A DNA stretch of 64,000 nt from Clostridia bacterium. GTDB taxonomy: Bacteria; Bacillota; Clostridia; TANB77; CAG-508. The notes beneath the pieces were generated by a model. That model ran no database searches, was not told where the DNA came from, and saw only the letters and a list, made by a program, of their open reading frames with translations. Both the position numbers and the translations under genes were made by a program. Positions 59,050 through 64,000 of this stretch are shown piece after piece (the stretch's first letter is position 1; each line of letters starts with the position of its first letter). Location: assembly GCA_022791835.1 (NCBI GenBank), contig JAAVZW010000027.1, forward strand, positions 10,112-74,111. Direction: 5' to 3'.

Positions 59050-59733
59050 CTACATAGCACCTTCTTTCTTAAATACAGAAAGCACTGTTTTAAATACTAT
59101 CTTTATATCATACCAAAGATTTCTATTATTATAATACTCTAAGTCTAACTGTAATCTCTCTTTAAAAGTATTTTGGTTTCTACCAGACACTTGCCAAAGT
59201 CCTGTTATACCTGGTTTGCATTTAATAATATAGTGATAATATTCTCCCATATCCTTCTTTTCCCTGTTCAAGTATGGTCGAGGCCCTACTAGGCTCATTT
59301 CTCCTTTTAGCACATTTATGAATTGTGGGAATTCATCTAAGCTTGTCTTCCTTAAGAATTTTCCTATTTTTGTTATTCTATCGTCATTTTCTACTTTTCT
59401 ATAATTTAAGTATTTTTCTCTGAATTCTTTGTCTGTTTTTAATTTTTTCATTAGAATTTTGTCTGCATCTACTACCATTGTTCTAAATTTATACAATCTA
59501 AATAGTTTACCATTTTCTCCGATTCTTTTTTGTACAAAAAATATAGGTCCTTGATCTTTTGATATTTTATTTGCAATAAACACAACTATAATAATTGGGC
59601 AAAGTATAACCAGCCCTATGATTGATGCAAGTATATCTATACATCTTTTACCTACTTTATATCCATTTATACTATTTTTTTCTTGAATTCTAATGTTCAT
59701 ATTTATATTATTTACATTTTCTCCGTTTATCAT
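59050..59733 (-). CDS. undecaprenyl-phosphate sugar phosphotransferase (bacterial sugar transferase, WbaP/CpsE C-terminal type)
   Basis: 227 aa, ...FFVQKRIGENGKLFRLYKFRTM...GEMSLVGPRP... signature of Bac_transf. Confidence 0.8.
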   Translation of the reverse strand: MINGENVNNINMNIRIQEKNSINGYKVGKRCIDILASIIGLVILCPIIIVVFIANKISKDQGPIFFVQKRIGENGKLFRLYKFRTMVVDADKILMKKLKTDKEFREKYLNYRKVENDDRITKIGKFLRKTSLDEFPQFINVLKGEMSLVGPRPYLNREKKDMGEYYHYIIKCKPGITGLWQVSGRNQNTFKERLQLDLEYYNNRNLWYDIKIVFKTVLSVFKKEGAM

Positions 59734-60070
59734 ATTCTCTCCTAAAACATATAGCTTATGTCTTACTTTTGTGTTTTAAATCTTTTCTGTCCGTAGTATA
59801 TTTTCTTATGATAAATAATATCATAAAGCGACAAAAAGTGCAAGACATTTGTTTAAATTTGTCTTAGCACTCTTTTATTTTTCGTTTGTTTTTGTATTTA
59901 TATATTCTATTATTAGTAGTTTGAGCAATTTTTGATATATCATACATTAATTATTTTACAATATTTTACTTCTCATATTTAAAAATCATTTAAAAAGTTG
60001 CAGAAAATCCTTATTTTTTCTTTCTATATTAAAATCCTGGTTCTTTGTTTTAAATAATTTCTTATTTGTT

Positions 60071-61282
60071 CTAAAAATCTGTCATAAGCCAATCTAATAG
60101 ATTAAGTTTCTTTATTCCTTCAAAATCTGCATCTAAGTCTTCATCCATTGTTAATATAAATTTTGGATAATTATCATTTATTTTTCTTAGCGATTGTAAT
60201 TCTCTTTCTAATGTTTTTTCTTCTCTAACTGTTAAGGCAACTTGATAGTATATTGTATTTTCCGAATTTCTAGCCACAAAATCTATCTCCATATCATCTA
60301 ATTTTCCTATATATACCTTATATCCTCTACGTAGCAGTTCAAGGTAAACTATATTTTCTATTATATGTCCCATGTCTCTTCCTGCATTTTGTCCGAGTAT
60401 ATGATATCTTAACCCTATATCTACAGCATAATATTTTTCTTGTGTTTTTAATAATTCTTTTCCCTTTATGTCATATCTATTTGCTTTATATACCATATAA
60501 CTAGCTATAAGTGCTTCTACATAATTTGAAACTGTATTGTACGAATTATTCTTTGATAATCCTTCTATATTATCGCTTATCGTCTTTACACTTGTTCTGT
60601 TTCCTATGTTATCATATAAATATTTAGTAGTTCTTTCTAATACATTTTTATCAGTTATTCCTTTTCTTTGCATTACGTCTTTAAATAATATTGTGTTATA
60701 TATTCCGTCTAAAAATAGTTCTATATTGTTAGGATTAGCATTGTACAATTCTATTGCTTGAGGAAACGAGCTATATCTGAGATATTTTCTAAACTTCATA
60801 GATATATCTGTTTTGTCTTCAAATGCAGACATATATTCTTTAAATGATAATGGTAGCATCTTTATTTCTATATATCTTCCTGTAAGTAGCGTTGCAAGTT
60901 CTGATGACAGTAGATATGCATTTGAACCTGTTATATATAAATCTACATCTTTATTTATAAATAGGCTGTCTACTGTTTTTTCAAATTCATATACATTTTG
61001 TATTTCATCTAAAAATATATATGTTTTTTTATTTTTTATCAATTTGCTTTTGAGATATTCGTATAGTTTTCTTCTATCTTGCAGTCCTTCATAATCTGCA
61101 TTTTCAAAGTTTATAGATACTATTTGTTCTTCTTTAACTCCTGTTTCTTTTAAATAATCTTGAAAAATCTCTAGCAGTGTAGACTTTCCGCTTCTTCTAA
61201 TTCCTGTTATTACTTTTATTATTTGCTTATCTTTAAAATTTCTAAGTATAGACAAATAGTCTTCTCTCTTTATTTTTTCCAT
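60071..61282 (-). CDS. AAA-family ATPase with DUF4143-like C-terminus
   Basis: 403 aa, Walker A GIRRSGKST; typical stand-alone ATP-binding protein. Confidence 0.6.
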   Translation of the reverse strand: MEKIKREDYLSILRNFKDKQIIKVITGIRRSGKSTLLEIFQDYLKETGVKEEQIVSINFENADYEGLQDRRKLYEYLKSKLIKNKKTYIFLDEIQNVYEFEKTVDSLFINKDVDLYITGSNAYLLSSELATLLTGRYIEIKMLPLSFKEYMSAFEDKTDISMKFRKYLRYSSFPQAIELYNANPNNIELFLDGIYNTILFKDVMQRKGITDKNVLERTTKYLYDNIGNRTSVKTISDNIEGLSKNNSYNTVSNYVEALIASYMVYKANRYDIKGKELLKTQEKYYAVDIGLRYHILGQNAGRDMGHIIENIVYLELLRRGYKVYIGKLDDMEIDFVARNSENTIYYQVALTVREEKTLERELQSLRKINDNYPKFILTMDEDLDADFEGIKKLNLLDWLMTDF

Positions 61283-61492
61283 AATGAATCTCCTAAATAT
61301 ATATTTTTATTATACCACCTATTTATATTATAGTCAAGTTTTTTCAAATTTATGAAAAAACTTTTGAATTTGTTTCGCTTTTTTCAAAATTATATATAAT
61401 ATTTGCTCATTAAAAATACACCTCCAACTATTAGATTTTTTGTCTAACATTTGTGGTGCACTTCAAAATATTAGTCTTTTTTATACTCTAAT

Positions 61493-62557
61493 TTACTTAT
61501 ATCCTGTTTTCTTTATAATTTGGTTGCTTATTTCTTTTACTTTTGCACTTGGTTCATAGTCAGTTTGTCCAAATGCTTCTTGGTGTAGTTTTTTTACATT
61601 TGCTTCTAGATTTACTGGTACTCCATACCATCTATCTAGTGTTATTCCTTTTGTTTCGTATGGCCAACCCATACTGTCTCCTATGTTAAATGAGGCTACG
61701 CTTGGTAATAAGCTTAAGATTTCTCCTGATGATATATTTGTTCTTATTTTTGGAAGTATTGTGTCTGCTACTTTATTTAGTTGTCCTATTCCCAATGTTT
61801 TGGCTTTTGCTAATACTGCTTCTATTACTGTTCTCATTCTTTCTGTTCTTTTATAGTCTCCACCTGCTGTATATCTTATTCTTGAGTATGCTACTGCTTG
61901 TACTCCTGTTAGAGTTTGCTTTCCTGTTTTTGTTATGTGTTTTGCTGATTTTCCTGATGTTTTTATTAATTCGTCTATATATTGGTTAATGTATTGTAAT
62001 TCACTTGAGTCTATATTTATGCTTACTCCACCTACTGCATCTACTATTTCTATTACTGCATCAAAGTTTACTGTTACAAATTCTGAGATATTTAAGTCTA
62101 GGTTTGTGTTTAGTGCTTTTAATGTGTTTTGTGCTCCTCCATAAGAGTATGCGTGTGTTACTTTGTCTAATCTTTCTGTTCCTTTTTCGTCTAGTAATAA
62201 ATATGTGTCTCTATATACTGAAATTAGCTTTATATCTTTTGTTTTTTGATTTATACTCGCTATTATTATGCAATCACTTCTGTTTCCTACTCCATAGTCG
62301 TCTGCTCTACTGTCTATTCCAAGTAATGCTATATTTCTATATCCTGATAGGGCTTTGTTTGCTTCTTCTGATATTCCTATTTGTGTTTCGTCTATGTCTT
62401 CTTTTTGGATTTTACCTAGTTTATCTGCTACAAAGTATGTTGCTATTCCTGCAGTTATTGCTAATAGTACTAGTATTATTATAATTATAATTAGCAAAAC
62501 TTTTTTCCATCTAGCTCCTGTTTTTCTCTTGCTTTCTTTTTTATATCTTTTTCCCAT
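61493..62557 (-). CDS. LCP-family (LytR-CpsA-Psr) cell-wall glycopolymer ligase
   Basis: 354 aa, N-terminal TM + ...SDCIIIASINQKTKDIKLISVYRDTYL... LCP core. Confidence 0.75.
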   Translation of the reverse strand: MGKRYKKESKRKTGARWKKVLLIIIIIILVLLAITAGIATYFVADKLGKIQKEDIDETQIGISEEANKALSGYRNIALLGIDSRADDYGVGNRSDCIIIASINQKTKDIKLISVYRDTYLLLDEKGTERLDKVTHAYSYGGAQNTLKALNTNLDLNISEFVTVNFDAVIEIVDAVGGVSINIDSSELQYINQYIDELIKTSGKSAKHITKTGKQTLTGVQAVAYSRIRYTAGGDYKRTERMRTVIEAVLAKAKTLGIGQLNKVADTILPKIRTNISSGEILSLLPSVASFNIGDSMGWPYETKGITLDRWYGVPVNLEANVKKLHQEAFGQTDYEPSAKVKEISNQIIKKTGYK

Positions 62558-62606
62558 TAGTACCTCTTTTCTATCCCTACTTATTATTTTATAAATATTA
62601 TACTAA

Positions 62607-63390
62607 TTATTGTAAATCTTTGCAAGCCCTAATTTGTATTTCTTCACCTAGGATAGTTTTTGCAATTTCTTTAAATTCTTTACTTGGCTTACTTAGAAAT
62701 ATTTTTTCTGTTTGTATTTTGTTTTTTTCTTCACCTAAGATATTTTTTAAATGATTTGCAACTGTTTTGCCTGTGTTTATTAGATTTACTTCGTATCCTA
62801 GTTCTTCCCTAATTATTTCGTCATATATAGGGTAATGGGTGCAACCTAGGATTATGTTTTTTATTTTTCTAGTTTTAAATGGTTTCATGTATTCTTTTAT
62901 TGCCATTCTTCCATCTTGGCTTTTGGCTTTGCCTTCTTCTGCTACATTTGCAAGCATTGGGCAGGCTTTATTTATTACTTCTATTTCTGGGATTGTTTGT
63001 TTTAAATTTTTTTCCCATGCTCCGCTTCTTATAGTGCCTTCTGTTGCAATCACACCGTATTTCTTTTATGTTCAATGCTTTTATGTATTCTATTGTTGGC
63101 TCTATAATCCCTATTATTGGCACATTATATTTTTCTTGTACTACGTCTAGTGCTTGACTTGTAGCAGTTCCGCATGCTATTACAACAAGCTTCACATTTT
63201 GAGATAATAGGAATTCTACGTTTTCTTTTGAATACTTTATAATTTCTTCTTTAGTTTTACTTCCATATGGGAAATTGAGTGTGTCTCCTAAGTATATTAT
63301 ATCTTGATTTGGCAATAGTTTTTTTATTTCTGCTAAAACTGTGAGTCCTCCTACTCCTGAGTCAAAAATCCCTATTGGCTTATTTTCCAT
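62607..63390 (-). CDS. murI: glutamate racemase, apparent 1-nt frameshift near 63055 (A-run)
   Basis: N-terminal part MENKPIGIFDSGVGGLTVLAEI...VIACGTATS... (track ORF 62968..63390). C-terminal part ...YGVIATEGTIRSGAWEK...ILGCTHYPI... (62607..63053) in the adjacent frame. Confidence 0.75.
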
Positions 63391-63406
63391 TGTTTTTCAC
63401 TTCTTT

Positions 63407-63982
63407 CTATATTTTATCCTTATATTCTATCCTATACACATCAAATTTGCCACCACATTTTCCACATCTATATTTTTTTGTAAAATTTCTGTTATATCTT
63501 TGTCTATATACTGTTTGACCACACTTTTGGCATTCGATTTTGTAGTTATATTTTCTTTCTTCTTTGTATTCTATATTACTTTGTTTATAGTCTTCTGCTT
63601 TGTTTCCTACTCTTGATATATCATAACCTAAAGCTTGATTTATTGTGTTTGCGTATTTTTTGAAAGTTTCTCCATGGTTATTACAATCTGGCATGCAATG
63701 AATTAGTTCATGGATTATTGTGTTTTTTATTATTTTGTCTTCAAGTTCCATAACCCATGGACTTATTTCTATATGATGTTTTTTATATTTCGTAAATTTG
63801 ATAATTCTATGGTTTCTATTTTTTTCAATATATTTTGTGCTTTCGTCTGGTGCTTCTTGCTTGCATGCTCCATATCTTTTGTTATTTCTTTTTGAAAGTT
63901 TTATATCTATTGTTCCTATTTCTGGATTGTTTTCTATTCTTATTCCTATTTTTTCTAATTCGAAAATGGTTTCTCGGTACAA
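63407..63982 (-). CDS. SprT-like zinc metalloprotease-domain protein
   Basis: 191 aa, HExxH (IIHELIHCM) and C-terminal Cys4 zinc ribbon (CQKCG...CGKCGG). Confidence 0.6.
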   Translation of the reverse strand: MYRETIFELEKIGIRIENNPEIGTIDIKLSKRNNKRYGACKQEAPDESTKYIEKNRNHRIIKFTKYKKHHIEISPWVMELEDKIIKNTIIHELIHCMPDCNNHGETFKKYANTINQALGYDISRVGNKAEDYKQSNIEYKEERKYNYKIECQKCGQTVYRQRYNRNFTKKYRCGKCGGKFDVYRIEYKDKI

Positions 63983-64000
63983 TTTATCTAGTTTTTCTTC

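Noticed and set aside
61690-62594. Plus-strand Leu-rich ORFs (61690..61989, 62005..62484, 62355..62594)
   Set aside because: Antisense to the LCP-family gene. Low complexity.

Overview
Low-GC (about 28% GC) Firmicutes/Clostridium-like chromosomal segment. Left end: tail of a pyruvate:ferredoxin oxidoreductase operon (porA 5' part, porD, porG), an acyl-ACP thioesterase, a ferredoxin, yaaT/ricT-holB, signal peptidase I and a PAS histidine kinase/OmpR regulator pair. Centre: a minimal type I-B CRISPR-Cas locus (cas6-cas8b-cas7-cas5-cas3; no cas1/cas2/cas4 in the window). Its array is split in two by a ~29.7-kb HK97-like cos siphovirus prophage (7512-37256) sitting inside the leader-proximal repeat. 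11-bp direct repeats ATTTACATTCT, identical to one end of the CRISPR repeat, flank the prophage. The spacer now abutting attL matches the prophage itself (36/36 nt, 5'-CCC flank) inside a (GT)18 microsatellite upstream of a duplicated tail-fibre-like gene. The prophage carries a complete structural and lysis module, a promoter-equipped moron (small protein + retropepsin-like protease with SEC-C motif), a Spo0A C-terminal-domain homologue, a sigma factor, an ArpU-type activator, a DNA methyltransferase, RusA, a cI/cro switch and a tyrosine integrase. Right end: two orphan genes (ComEC-like MBL-fold hydrolase; unknown 276-aa protein), a cell-wall polysaccharide locus (GT2/GT4 transferases, acetyltransferases, Wzx, Wzy, pyruvyl transferase, priming sugar transferase), an LCP protein, murI and sprT. 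More than a dozen genes, including essential murI, show single-base frameshifts, mostly at homopolymers. Many are therefore probably sequencing artefacts, and gene calls are given as full-length spans with the frameshift noted.
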